A stretch of 63,999 nt of DNA, filler included, from Chiloscyllium plagiosum (Eukaryota), in NCBI RefSeq assembly GCF_004010195.1. It is 5 parts of one record of this genome, joined end to end, with 100 filler letters (N's around TTAATTAATTAA, not from the genome) between each part and the next. Parts side by side here need not be neighbours in the genome. Positions count along the whole stretch, not along the records: positions 10,522 to 35,692 come from NC_057711.1; positions 35,793 to 46,858 come from NC_057711.1; 3 more parts are not named here. The stretch is one strand, 5' to 3'. The position numbers were made by a program, and so were the translations under genes. Shown here in pieces: positions 25,804-38,654 of the stretch (position 1 is the stretch's first letter; every line of letters starts with the position of its first letter). The notes under the pieces are model-generated. The model had not been told where the DNA came from, ran no database searches, and saw nothing but the letters and a program-made list of their open reading frames with translations.

Positions 25804-26796
25804 TTACATATCCCTCAGGCAGTCTTAATGTCTCCATGCAGTAATGTTACAATGGCTGTAATACACTAGAACTGTAGACAATTCAAAGTTAAGCATATTG
25901 TTCATGTTTCTAAGTAGACAATTAGAACATTTAATGTACCTTTTAAATATTTCTACACATAGATAAATGATCAAATAATCTACAAAGTTACCCATAAAAT
26001 GGTTCAATTTATAACGCAATTCATGTTTTCAATGACAAAGGCTGCTAATGAGAATACATAACCTGGAGGAGTGACAACTCATTGCAATATCATGAACGTG
26101 CTCCATACAAAGAGATGCTATCACTATCCTTTGAATGAAAACTGAAATCACAATCCCGTTTACCAGCTCCTTTGGTCTCAATAGAGGCACTGGATCTGTA
26201 AAATCTATGTGCAAGAACTGAGTGGTCTTCAAGTATCCTGGCCAATATTAGCTCCCGTCTCAAACAACTCCAACAAAACTATGGATGGAATTTTCCTATT
26301 TTCAGCTGAAGTGTTCTGTTGACTGAGATTCATGGTGCCCAGCCCATCGTGTCAGGGCAACTTTTCTCATACAATCATTTTTCTACTTCAAGGAGAATTA
26401 AAATGTTTCTTCAAAAGATGAAATATATTAAAGGTTACAGAAAGTGGGTAAGACATGCAAATCAAACAGTGTAACTGGTGGAAAACACTAGCGCAAACTT
26501 GATCTTGTGTGCTGCCTCCCTGAACAAAAGAATGTTTGGGAATTGGAGATTAGTTTAAATCTCCATGAGGAATATCCCTGGTGTGACACAATGCTGTAAG
26601 GATAGCCTGCAGAGAAGGTTTATTTTTGATTTTGGATTTTAGCTGTGTGATTTTCTCAGAGAAGCATGTAGTTGAAGACTGAGTCAGGACCTGCAAAGAG
26701 GTTATCGGGGTAAAAAAAAAGGTGGTATTTCTGATTTGGACTTTCTAAGAAAGGAGGCAGTGAGGAAACTAGCTGTTTCCAAGGATCCATTCATTC

Positions 26797-27153
26797 ATAG
26801 AATCCCTACAGTGTGAAAACATGCCAGTTGGCCCAGTAAGTACATACCAACCCTCCAAAGAGTAACTCACCCAGACCCATTCCCCCTACCTTATTACTCT
26901 ACATTTACTCCTGACTAATGCGCCTAACCTACACATCTCTGAACACAATGGGCAAATTATTATGGTCAATTCGCCTAACCTGCACATCTTTGGATTGGGG
27001 GGGGGGGGGAGGGGGGGGAGGAAACCGGAAAACTCTGAGGAAACCCACGCAAATACAAAGAAAATATGCAAACCCTACACGATCACCCAAGGCTGGAATT
27101 AAACTTGGGTCCCTAAATCTGTCAGGCAGCAGTGCTAATCATTGAAGCACCCT
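26797..27153 (-). mobile_element. HE1-type SINE, longer variant
   Basis: tRNA-like head at 27085-27153, HE1 body and CR1-like tail. Confidence 0.85.
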
Positions 27154-27544
27154 GCTGTTCTACTAGGGACTGTGACAGTACTGTGGCTTTGAAGACAGAC
27201 ATATTCTGTGCTGTTTCTCTTCCAGAGATATTGCTGCAGTGGTGCTAGAATGTCCACTTTAGACAGGCAGTCAGTTAACAACTTGAAGTTATCCCTGGGT
27301 ATTTTTGTTTTAAATTAGACAAAAGCAACACGAGTAGGCAGGGTCAGACCTCCCGCAGACCCAGGAAGATTTTTGGTTTTTCTTTCAGTTATGAGGTTTT
27401 GCTCCTGCTAAGCTAACAGTTCCAGTTCTCTGCTGCTAGAGACTTAGACAAGAAGTTCCTCTTGGAAATAAAATGAAGCAGACTACTTCTTTCAGTATTT
27501 GGTTCTGCTGGACTGGAGAAGGGCAGATGAGAACCTTAGTGGCT

Positions 27545-28770
27545 ATAAGTTTGCTCACTGAGCAGGAAGGTTTGTTCTCAAGATATTCCGTCACCATACT
27601 AGGTAATATCATCAGTGAGCCTCCAGTGAAGCGCTGGTGTTATGTACCACTTTCTATTTGTGTGTTTCGGTTTTCTTGGGTTGGTGATGTCATTTCCTGT
27701 TCTTTTTCTCAGATGGTGGTAAATGGTGTCCAAATTGGTGGTAAATGGTGTCCAAATTGGTGGCACGGTGGCTCAGTGGTTAGCACTGCTACTTCACAGC
27801 ACCAGGGTCCCATGTTCGATTACAGCCTCAGGTGAATGTCTGTGTGGAGTTTGCATATTCTCCCAGTGTCTGCGTGGGTTTCCTCTGGGTGCTCCGGTTT
27901 CCTCCCACAGTCCAAAGATGTGCAGGTCAGGTGAATTGGCCATTCTAAATTGCCCATAGTGTTAGGTGCATTAGTCGGAGGGAAATGGGTCTGGGTGGGT
28001 TATTCTTTGGAGGGTCAGTGTGGAATTGTTGGGCCGAAAGGCCTATATCCACACTTTACAAAATCTAATTTAATCTAATCTTAATGTGCTTGTTGAGAGT
28101 GTTCCGGTTGGAATGCCGTGCTTCTTGGAATTCTCGTGTGTGTCTCTGTCTAACTTGTTCTAGGCTGAATGCAGTGTCCCAGTCAAACTGGGTGTCCTTC
28201 CTCATCTGTATGTAAGGATACTAGTGAGAGTAGGTCATGTCTTTTTGTGGCTCGTTGATATTCATTTATCCTGGTGGCTAGTTTTCTGCCTGTTTGTCCA
28301 TGTAGTGTTTGTTACAGTTCTTGCATTTTTTGTTTTGTAAATGTATGTTTTGCAAAACATCAACTAGCCACAAAAAGACATGACCCACTCTCACTAGTAT
28401 CCTTACATACAGATGAGGAAGGACACCACTTTGACTGAGACAACACATCCAGCCTAGGACAAGCCAAACAGAGATATGCATTAGAATTCCTAGAAGCATG
28501 ACATTCCAACCGGAACGCTATCAACACACATTGATTTGGACACCATTTAACACCATCTGAGAAACAGAACAGGAAATGACATCACCAACCCAAGGACCCC
28601 TAAACACTTAAATAGAAGGTGGGATATAACACCAGCACTTCACCGGAGGTTCACTGATGATGTTACCCAGTATGGTGACAAAATGTCTGAAAATGAACCT
28701 TCCAACTCAGCGAGCAAGCTTACATCTAGAATATCAACCTGAGCTACAAATCTTCCCAAAACTCGCTAGA
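27545..28770. mobile_element. Penelope-like element 3' ends in inverted arrangement (minus copy ~27545-28320, plus copy ~28350-28770), inserted in an LTR-like remnant
   Basis: Plus copy reads HQLATKRHDPLSLVSLHTDEEGHHFD...LEFLEA.HSNRNAINTHIDLD (post-GIY-YIG region); the same sequence is reverse-complemented on the left; hammerhead-like motifs at ~28650-28695 (+) and ~27578-27620 (-). Confidence 0.8.
27758..28080 (+). mobile_element. HE1-type SINE inside the minus-strand Penelope copy
   Basis: GGCACGGTGGCTCAGTGGTTAGCACTGCT head; (TAATC)-type tail. Confidence 0.92.
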
Positions 28771-28834
28771 ACCTTAATGGTTTTGCTAAATTGCCTTGCC
28801 AAGGGTGTGGTTATGGGATGCTGCCTATATTGGA

Positions 28835-29250
28835 AAAAAGTCAAAAATCACTCGACACCACGTTATAGTCCAATAGGTTTATTTAAGACCACAAGCTCTC
28901 TGAACCCTTGCTCCTTCCTCGGGCGCTAGTGAGAAAATATATCAGACATAGAATTTATAAGAAAGAGTTCAAAGGGTCATACAACTTATGCAAATATGCT
29001 GAACAAACCTAGATAGCTATTAAGTCTTTAATCAATTAGAATGGAGGTGCACGTTTTGATTCATTAATATGTAAATCCCAGAAAGTTTTCAAGTCACTGT
29101 CCCAAGATAACTCCAGGTTTTAACAGAATAAAGGAAACATCAAGCCAGACATTGCATTTTAGGTGTGAGGCCATAATTCGAGTTTGTTTGCATCTCAAAC
29201 TTGAGTCAGTCTGGTTTTATTTCCAAAGTAAAAATTTATAAAGTGCCACA
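28835..29250. mobile_element. Older, non-palindromic relative of the 8333 element
   Basis: 'aaaaatcactcgacaccacgttatagtccaataggtttattt' matches the hairpin arm at 8372-8412. Confidence 0.6.
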
Positions 29251-29379
29251 TTCTCTGTGATGAGGTCACTGCTACTGCCTGGTCAAGATGCTGTGCCGAC
29301 ATAGATCAGCTTCGCCCATGCACAGGGTACTACAGACACTGTGCGTCAAAGTTCCACTCCACATCATCTATGATCAGTG

Positions 29380-29720
29380 TTATCACATCCTAAGGTATGT
29401 GGAAGCCGTCATGATGCCTACATCTTTGAGAACTCTCAGGTTCCTGCTTTATTCCAAAGATCAAATGCTTTCCAAGGAATAGCTGCTAAGAGACAAGGGT
29501 TACCATCTCCAAGTATGGCTGATCACTCTTTTACAAAACCCTGACTGAGGCCAAGCATCAATACAATGCAGCCCATTCTCCACCCTGGACTATCTTGGAA
29601 CTGACAAAAGGCCAAAGATAAGGTTCCAACGCTTGAATCGATCTGACGCGAGGGACCAAACAGTATGCTGCATAATCCTAGAACCCTTTGATTTGCAAAA
29701 TTACAGCAGGAACAAGGGGG
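29380..29720 (+). mobile_element. PIF/Harbinger DDE transposase remnant (frameshifted)
   Basis: 29401 onward: GSRHDAYIFENSQVPALF / LLRDKGYHLQVWLITLLQNP / TEAKHQYNAAH / K.RFQRLNRS, matching HARBI1-type GSxHD, GDxGY and YNxAH motifs. Confidence 0.8.
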
Positions 29721-30289
29721 ACATGATGCACGCGGAAGAACTGGAAGAGGAGAAGGACTTTTCTGAGAAAGGCGAGGACATTTAGTGGGAGGAATATCAC
29801 CTTCACCATGATAAAAAGTAGTGTGCAGTGTCAGGTATGACAAGCCAGACAGCACGGATGGCATCCAATTGCAATTGGAGTTGGTTGAAGACAATTCATT
29901 TACTGTAGATACATTGCTGCCTCAAAGCTAAGATCTGTTTGCTTTCAAAGGCAAATGAAGTTTTTTGTTTGTTCTTTCTTCACCCTTCTTGTTATTTAAT
30001 TTAAGTTAATGTTAACTTGATGTTAATTTGAAGGCTTCATAACATCTGATGTTCCCATAATCAAGAACCCCAATGGGCATTAAGGAAAGAGTAGAACACC
30101 TTCAGCCAGGGTTCTAATGTTGTATGGTACTAAGAAAGGGTAATTTCTGTTGCTGGATTCTTTATCCTACACGTAAAATGATAGTCAATCAGACAGCTGA
30201 TGATTAAAGTAAAAATATTTACGTGTGACATTTTATTTACAATGAAGTGTCTTCCCATTATACCTAGACACAATCTCAGGGTCCACAGG

Positions 30290-31100
30290 TCGGATGGTTG
30301 GAGCTTGCTCTTTAGTGGATATATTGGTCTTAAGGATTTGGGTGGATGACCCTGGCAGCCTTTTTGACTAGTGCGCTCAGAAATGCTGCGAGTGCTCTGT
30401 CCTGATGCAGACTCATCTTCCTCAACTGCAACTTCCAAATGGAGCATGCAGGCAGGGTGGATGAGAAGGTGCTGGGTATCTCTGGAGTGTCCTGAGGGGA
30501 GACGGCTGGCATCACCCAGTTTCCTTGTGGTGAAAGTCACCTGGAATGAGGTCAGGGTTCCTCTTTCCTTCTGTCACATTTTCAATGTTGCTGTCCACCA
30601 GTGACAAAAGCAATGGAATCCAGATTTTTATGCATTTGCAGCTACACCATTCTGCTGGATGTGACACTCAATGACAACTGCCAACCTGTCCATACAGACA
30701 GCCAGATGCACACATCACAGCCAGCTGATAATGTTGGTGAATTCCTCCAGTTTACCGATTGTCTCCAACAAACCTGACTGTTGCTCTTGTGTCTAATTGA
30801 TCTGAATTGCTGCTCTGGGCAAGGCTGGTAGCATCTGATGCCATTGTCTCCTTTGTTGGTCCTGGGGTTGGTCCCCAGCCTGCAGTTTCCTTTCTCTCAG
30901 CCACATCCTTTCCAATTGTACAGCCAACACATTAAGGGCAGTTCCTGCTTTGCAGCGTTTGAGATGGTGCACAACTGGGGTTTTAAATATAGTGTCTGCA
31001 GCACGAATGCCAGCAAGATCCCGCACCAGTGATCATTTCCACCTCTGATGACCACAAGAGTACTGCTACTCGAGGCAGTAGAAGTGATCTTTTGTAGGGG
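30290..31100 (-). mobile_element. Probable decayed Harbinger accessory (Myb/MADF-type) gene, convergent with the transposase
   Basis: Coding-like composition; LLETIGKLEEF...MDRLAVVIECHIQQ resembles MGRLVTAMERQAQ at 52061-52255; layout fits two-gene Harbingers. No Myb domain was actually seen. Confidence 0.4.
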
Positions 31101-31669
31101 GCCAGCTGATAATCAATAATGAGCTGACCAGCAGAGAACTATTTGGAGTAAGTCACCTATGCTCTATTAAAATCCCTCAAAATTGACATTTGGCTGATAA
31201 ATGATAAAATTCAGCCAACATTTTTTTAGTTTGTAATACTTATTTAGTTTAAATCCGAGAAAATAAAACTGAAATTTAAGATGTGAAATCTTGTAGTTTA
31301 ACTCTGTTAACAGCTAAGCGTTTTAATTTATTTGCAAACGTTACTGGTACCTGCCAAGATGTTAATAGTCTGGTTACATTCTTGTGAAGTGTTTTGGAAG
31401 TTTTCCTACATTAAATGTGTGATATAAATGCAAGTTATTGAAAATGATAAAGTATTGCAGACACATTATTCAGGAATTATAATCAAAGGTTTTCCAATTT
31501 ACTACTCTAAAACTGATTGTAATGGTGAATAAGTGATGTCCCTGGTTCCTATTTTAATCAAATATCTTGTGGGGCAGTAGAATGCAACAATGGATTTGGT
31601 AAGTGTCAACATTGCCAAACATGAACATAAACTGGAGTAGGCCATTTAATCCCTTCAGGGTACTTCATC

Positions 31670-31870
31670 AAATAAAAGCAAAATACTGAGGCTGCGGGAA
31701 ATAAAAATTCAAAACAAAGTACGGAAGAGACTCAACAAATCTGGCAGTATCTGTGGAGAGAGAAACAGATATTTAGAATTCTGAAGATATTACACCTGAC
31801 TTGAAATGTTAACTTTGTTTCTCTTTCCAGGTTTGCTGACTTTCTCCAGAATTTTGTTTTCATTTCAAGC
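31670..31870. mobile_element. Old palindromic Penelope-derived short repeat
   Basis: 'aaataaaagcaaaatactg...ctggcagtatctgtggagagagaaacag' with a partly complementary right half; related fragments at ~48110-48220 and ~51865-52000. Confidence 0.5.
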
Positions 31871-32187
31871 CAACTTCATCATTAACTCCATTCATCTGCT
31901 TCAATTCCACATTGATTCATGTATTTTTAAATCTGTCTGATCAGACACAATATGTGCAGATGGAACTTGAACTAGGCACACTACCATTGTGCCAAAAGGC
32001 CCTTCATATAATTTTATCCTCTTATCCAGCATATCAATCTCAGATTTAAAACAATTAATTCAGCAAGCATCCAGGGCTTTTTGTGGGAGAAGTGTTCATA
32101 TTTCAACAAACGTTTGTATTAAAATGTTATCCTAAAATCTCTCTAAAATAGCACAGCACTGATTTTGTCCATAACAGCATTAAAAAA

Positions 32188-32820
32188 AAGGAACAAAAGT
32201 TAGGCCATTTGACCCACTGAGTCTGCTGTGCCATTTAATCATGGCTGAAATGTTTCTCAACCCCACTCTCCTGCCTTCTCCCTGTAACCCTTGATACCCT
32301 GTCTCGTCAAGAACCTATCTAACTCCGTCTTAAATACACTCAATGATTTGGCCTCCATAGCCTTCTGTGGCAATGATTTCCAGTTTCACCACCCTCATTT
32401 CAGTTCGAAAGGGGCATCCTTTCACTGAGGCTGTGGCTTCGGGTCTTAGTCTCTCCTACTGGTAGAAACATCTTCACCATGTTCACACTATCCAAGCCGC
32501 TCAGTATTCTGAAAGTTTCAATCAGACACCCCCCACCACCTTCCTTCTAAACTCTAATTACAGACCCAAAGTCCTCATCCGTTCCTCACATGACAAGCCC
32601 CTTAACCCCAGAATCAGTTTTGTGACTTTCTCTGACCCCTCCCCCCACATCCTTTCTTAAATACAAAGTCCAGAACAGCTCTCAATCTTCCAAATGTAGA
32701 CTGACCAAAGACTTATACAGCCTCAGCACTACATAACTGCTCTTGTATTCTAGCCTTCTTGAAATGAAAGCCAACATTGCATTTGCATTTGCCATCCTAA
32801 CTGCCATGTGAACCTGCCCT
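32188..32820 (-). mobile_element. CR1 LINE 3' fragment
   Basis: CR1 tail at 32190-32300 and degenerate ORF2 C-terminus. Confidence 0.75.
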
Positions 32821-33616
32821 CAGTTCTTAAATGCCTTACTTTTGAAAAATGCATCTTTTGATCCTATTAATTACTTCCAAAATACTAAAATCTTCAAATA
32901 AAATAACATTTAAATATAAACCAAATTTATGCAATTTCTCCTCTTAATCTCACCTTTAGAGTCAGGAGAATATATCCTTCCTTGATCTATTTTTTCCAAG
33001 TTGTATACCCCAAAATTTATAGAGCACTCCAGAATATTGCGAAATAGGTCTTGAAATAGCTGTAGCAATTTCACCTCCCCTCCACTCAAATGAATGTATT
33101 AGTATTCTTACTATAAAAATAATATTCCATTAGCCTTTTTTCTGAATCTGACTGATTACTGAATCGAGAATAATTGTAAGGTTACTCATCATTTGTGGAG
33201 TAAATAGGACAGCAACTTCTGGGGCACACAAATACACAGTTTGATGCAGGAATCATGGAGTTACTACCCTACGTATTCCTACTCATCCATAAGCAACAGA
33301 ACTGAAATCTATATAAAGTTTGAGGTTGTTGCATACACAACCTGTTAATCTGTTTTGCATGGAAGAAAAAAGGTTATGCTGATGAATGTAAGTATAAATT
33401 AATTTTTAGTATGATTGGCCATGACTACTAACCCTCAAACTTTTTAGAATTGAAAAATTAACAAGATAGGTCTAATTCTTTCAAACCTTTGTGCTCCCAA
33501 GATTAAAAAATGTTATTTTTAATTTTTGTCTCTATCTCTGTTAATCCTTTTTTGTTATTTCTCTCTCATTTTCTATATATCATTTTCAAATCAATGAAAT
33601 CTAACTGATGCTTCCT

Positions 33617-34075
33617 GGGTGTCAACCATGGCTCAGTTGGTAGCACTTCCAAATCACCAGATTCTCGGTACAAGTTCCACTTTACGGTATGATCACAAAA
33701 ATCAAGGCTGACAGACCAGTGCAATACTGAGGGAGAGTTGCACTGTTAGGACACCACCTTTTGGAAAAGCCATTTAAGTCAAGGCCCCATTCACTTCCTT
33801 GAACAGATGTAAGAAGTCCATACAACAATTGTTGATTCTGCAGAGAAGTTATCCCAGTGTCCTAGGGAATATTTATACCTCCATCATCACCACAAAATCA
33901 GAATATGTGATTATCATCACACTGCTGTTTTTAAGAGTTGCCTGTGCATCGATTGGATATCACTTTTCCTACAATACAGCAACCACATTTGAAAGGTACA
34001 TGCTTGGTGTGAAGTGCTTTGAGATGTCCAACAATCATTACAAATTTTGTAGAAATACAAGTCTTTCATTTTTCA
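33617..34075 (+). mobile_element. SacSINE1-like DeuSINE (tRNA head, Deu core, L2-like tail)
   Basis: TGGCTCAGTTGGTAGCAC head; 'ttatcccagtgtcctagggaatatttat...ttatcatcacactgctgttt' core; 'gtgaagtgctttgagatgtcc...agaaatacaagtctttc' tail; further 3' fragments at ~31340-31440 and ~36600-36765. Confidence 0.7.
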
Positions 34076-34758
34076 TGGTTTAGAGTTGGCAAGCTTGGTT
34101 GAACAGCCTCAGTACCTCTTTTCTCTTCTCACATCTGCTACAGATTAATTGCAGAAAGTTTAATGTTAATCATATCCCCAAAAAACAATAATCTCAAACG
34201 CTGGTTATAAGTCTGTGGGTACCTGTGTCTGTATATATATGTGGTATTCCTCGGTGGTCAATCACAAAATATTGTCACATTCTAACTCATGGCTGCTGCT
34301 AATTGTTTTCCCTTACCTTCTTTTTTGCTTAGATCAAATAGGTGGTATAATTAAAAAGGTGGTATTGAGCTACAGAAATAGTGAAATAATGACATTAATA
34401 TGACTGCTCACTTGGATAAATATTAATATGAACAGTTGGGGCTGAAACACTTATTTCTATGCTTTACCTTCCAACACACTTCAATATTGTATCAATTCAC
34501 TTATTGATATAATTGAAACCAGTGTTTTGAAATCAATAGGAAAACAAAGAAACAATACATTCCCCACAACCAAATGATTTTAAAAGTTAACAGATTCCAA
34601 TTCAATGCATTCAAATACTTGATCAGTTATTTCAACAATTAGAAGGATATTAATCAAGGAACATTTTTCAAAGTTTCATATTCACGATAATAGCAAAAAC
34701 TAATCTAATTGCATTTTATAAAATAAAATCCTTAGGCAATAATTTTAAATTCAATTTA

Positions 34759-34926
<168 letters not shown>

Positions 34927-35314
34927 TTATATTGAAGCAAACAAAATTCACAATCAGAAATTAGAAGAAATAAGACAAAAGGTCCTGCAGTTTATTCATG
35001 TACACAGTTTCAAGCTCAAATGTGGAAATAATATATTTCTCACAAATCTGAAGACAATTGACAATGTTGCTCAAAATGGGGTGTTAAATAGCCAAAGTTC
35101 CACTCAGTGAAAGGATAACATTAGGATAAAAGAAAGGTCAACTAACTGCTGAAACATCAGAACATAAGAAACGTATCACCCGATAATATGCCCAGTTATT
35201 GTTTTTTTAAAAACCCTTATTCCAGGTTGGGATGTGCATATTGCTGGAAAGGCCTGCACATGTTACCAAACACAAGGTGCTCTTGTATGTTGTGGTGTAT
35301 CATATGGGTTTTCA

Positions 35315-35972
35315 TAGCTGAAAATGTGTTGCTGGAAAAGCGCAGGTCAGGCAGCATCCAAGGAGCAGGAGAATCGACGTTTCAGGCACGAGCCCTTCTT
35401 GAGGAATGAAGAGAGTGCGCCAAGCAGGCTAAGATAAAAGGTAGGGAGGAGGGACTTGGGGAGGGGCGTTGGAAATGCGATAGGTGGAAGGAGGTTAAGG
35501 TGAGGGTAATAGGCCGGCGTGGGGGTGGGGGCGGAGAGGTCAGGAAGAAGATTGCAGGTTAGGAAGGTAGTGCTGAGTCCGAGGGTTGGGAATGAGACAA
35601 GGTGGGGGGAGGGGAAATGAGGAAACTGGAGAAATCTGAGTTCATCCCTTGTGGTTGGAGGGTTCCTAGGCAGAAGATGAGGCACTCTTCCTNNNNNNNN
35701 NNNNNNNNNNNNNNNNNNNNNNNNNNNNNNNNNNNNTTAATTAATTAANNNNNNNNNNNNNNNNNNNNNNNNNNNNNNNNNNNNNNNNNNNNGAGGCAGC
35801 GCCGATACAGTCATCGATGTTGCGGAGGAAAAGGTGGGGGGTGGTGCCAGTGTAGCTGCGGAAGATGGATTGTTCCACATATCCTACGAAGAGGCAGGCA
35901 TAGCTGGGGCCCATGCGGGTCCAAACCAAAGGAGTAGCCATGGGCACCCGCATGGGCCCCAGCTATGCCTGC
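35315..35972 (-). mobile_element. Penelope-like element spanning a linker: terminal repeat on the left, RT core on the right
   Basis: GVAMGTRMGPSYACLFVGYVEQ...FLRNIDDC (PLE RT motifs); left side is the same terminus as 56060. Confidence 0.88.
35693..35792. other. Artificial gap/contig linker
   Basis: N44-TTAATTAATTAA-N44. Confidence 0.97.
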
Positions 35973-36229
35973 GTTCTTTGCAAAGTAAAAGCCATTAAAC
36001 TCAGATCAGTTGTGCAGTGATTTGAGCATGCATTTCAATAATATTCTTGTCCTGCCCACTACCATGGGTTCTTTAACATTTTGTATATTAATTACTTTAT
36101 TCTCTTTAGCACGTCTTTCCAAATACCCTGAGATGGATATGTGTCAACTGCTGATTTATAGGGTAAAGTATAACACAGTATTTTGTTCATTCATAGGATG
36201 TAATTGAAATGAATGACATTGAAATTACT

Positions 36230-36417
36230 GGGTGCTCCGGTTTCCTCCCACAGTCCAAAAATGTGCAGGTTAGGTGAATTGGCCATACTAAATTGCCCGT
36301 AGGTTAGGTGAAGGGGTAAATGTAGGGGAATGGGTCTGGGTGGGTTGTTCTTCGGAGGGTCGGTGTGGACTTCTTGGGCCAAAGGGCCTGTTTCCACAGT
36401 GTAAGTAATATAATCTA
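36230..36417 (+). mobile_element. 5'-truncated HE1-type SINE
   Basis: Matches the 3' two-thirds of 27758-28080. Confidence 0.85.
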
Positions 36418-37196
36418 CTTTATATTGAGGTCCAAAGACAATGGTTTCAGTGTTTGCAAAGCTCAGCTTGAATAACTTGCAGTTAATTTAAGACTGAATA
36501 TTGAACTACCAATCTGACAACATGGTGTAGTGGATAGGTCAAGAGAAGTGAAGAAAGAATGTGTTCAGTGCATATTTAGCAATTATATTGGTAGATGATG
36601 TCACAGCAGGTGTTTGTGGGATCTTGCTATCCAGATATTAGCTGCTATACTTCCTACACTACGTCAGTGACTGTACTTCAAAAAAAGTACTTTGCTAGCT
36701 TCAAGCATGTTGGACAGTACTAACATTGTGAAGGTGTTATATATGAGCATGTTTTTTATTCTTTCAGAGATACTATGACCACGTAAGCCTGCATCTAGCA
36801 TGGAATCTGTGACTTATGAAACTGAATACAATTAAGTTTAGGATTTTTGATTCACCAAATAGGGTGCTGTGCCCTGCATCCACACATGCCTTCTTCTCTG
36901 CAGCCCCCATTTCCCTACCTCCACTTGTGGGAATGTTTATCAGGATTTTGAAATTTTGCAAAAACAATATTACACCCCCCCCCCCCACTTTTTATAGCAA
37001 TTCGCAGTATTGATTATTTTATTCTGCCTTTCATTTGTTACTTTTCAAATTTTATCAGACTATTTGTTGTCAAGGATATTAACTAGTTGTGGTGATCCAG
37101 TAAAACAGGAATGTTTATGCAGGCAGAAGAGACTGTAAAAAATGGATGGGTGGCAATAAGATAGGCTATAAGAGGAAGACAAAGAAGGACAATATG

Positions 37197-37390
37197 TACT
37201 GAAAACAACAAATGCTGGAGGTCACAGTAGGTCAGACAGCATCCACGGAGAGAGAGCAAGCTAACATTTTGAATCTAGATGACTCCTCATCAGAGCTGAA
37301 GAGAAGTGTGAAGGGGCAGCATTTATGCTATAGTTGCAGGAGTAAGCAAGAGAAGGTGTGGGGTCGTGGTGTATAGAGTGTGGGGGAGAA
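37197..37390 (-). mobile_element. Penelope-derived terminal fragment with a decayed hammerhead motif
   Basis: Minus strand reads CTGATGA-GGAGTC-ATCTA-GATTC-AAAA-TGTTAGC at ~37260-37295. Confidence 0.55.
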
Positions 37391-37615
37391 AATATATGTT
37401 GAGCTCTAACACACGAAAACAATTTAGCTTTGATACATAGAACACATAAAAATGCTAGATGGGATAAATTTTGTGTTAGTTCTGTTCATGACTATTTTAT
37501 TCATTTAAGTTACAGGCAATAGAATTTTCACACAAAAACAATTAACCATTAATATACAGAAAACAGAACACATAAGTATGCCAGATGGGATTAGATTTGC
37601 ACTTGACAGTACAGT

Positions 37616-37886
37616 GGGTGGCATGGTGGCTCAGTGGTTAGCACTGCTGCCTCACCTCAGGAGATTCTGTGGAGTTTGTACATTCTCCCGTGTCTGTATG
37701 GGTTTCCTTCACAATCCAAAGATGTGCAGGCCAGGTGAATTAACCATGCTAAATTGCCCATAGTGTTGGGTGCATTAGTCAGGGGTAAATATAGGGTAAA
37801 GGAATGGGTCTGGGTGGGTTACTCTTTGAAGGGTTGGTGGGGACTTGTTGGGCCAAAGGGCCTGTTTCCAAACTGTAGGGAATCTA
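37616..37886 (+). mobile_element. HE1-type SINE with internal deletions
   Basis: GGTGGCTCAGTGGTTAGCACTGCTGCCTCAC head; HE1 3' body. Confidence 0.85.
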
Positions 37887-38654
37887 TTCCTTTGTTAAGG
37901 ACAACAGCATTTTCAGTTTTACACACCAGGATACAAAGTACATGTAAAGAAGTTTTGATAAATTTGTACAAAGTTAATGAACCCACTGGTAGAGAATACT
38001 GCAACTTCAGATACCCCATCATTGAAACTGTAACAAATCTATAACATTAAAAAAGAAGAGATGATATTACGATTGAGAAACTACGATTAAGGGAGAAACC
38101 CACAGCAATGAAATTAGTTGAATAGAGAAGGCAGAGGAAATTTAATAGGGGTTTTTACAATTATAATGTGTTTTGATAGGCAAATGGATGAATGGTGATT
38201 TACAAATAATAATTAAATTTTAAAAATGACATTTGTTTTTCATTTATGCTTCAATTTCATTCTTATTATTTATTTTCCTAAGTATTTGTATCTCTGTCTT
38301 TTCACTCTCCAAAATAGCACTCCAAGCTGCATGTCAATGCAATTTTTTCATCTGGAGAAGAAAATTCACTTTATACCTTTTTCTGCAATTCATTGTCAAC
38401 CAATTATGACAAAACCGTAGAAACTGGTTATATTTATAAGCTGTAAGTTCCTAATGCATGGTAGTCAGCTCAAAGAAAACAATATGCCTGTTCCGTCATC
38501 ATTGTAAAAAAAAAGTTAGCTCTCTTTTTAACTGCAGTAAATTATAATATTGTAGCACCCTATAAGAAAGTCTCCAATCTAAGATGAAAATGTAAAAGCA
38601 CCTATAAAATCATTAAGGATATCAACCAACATAACAATGCATGAATCTGTGGCC

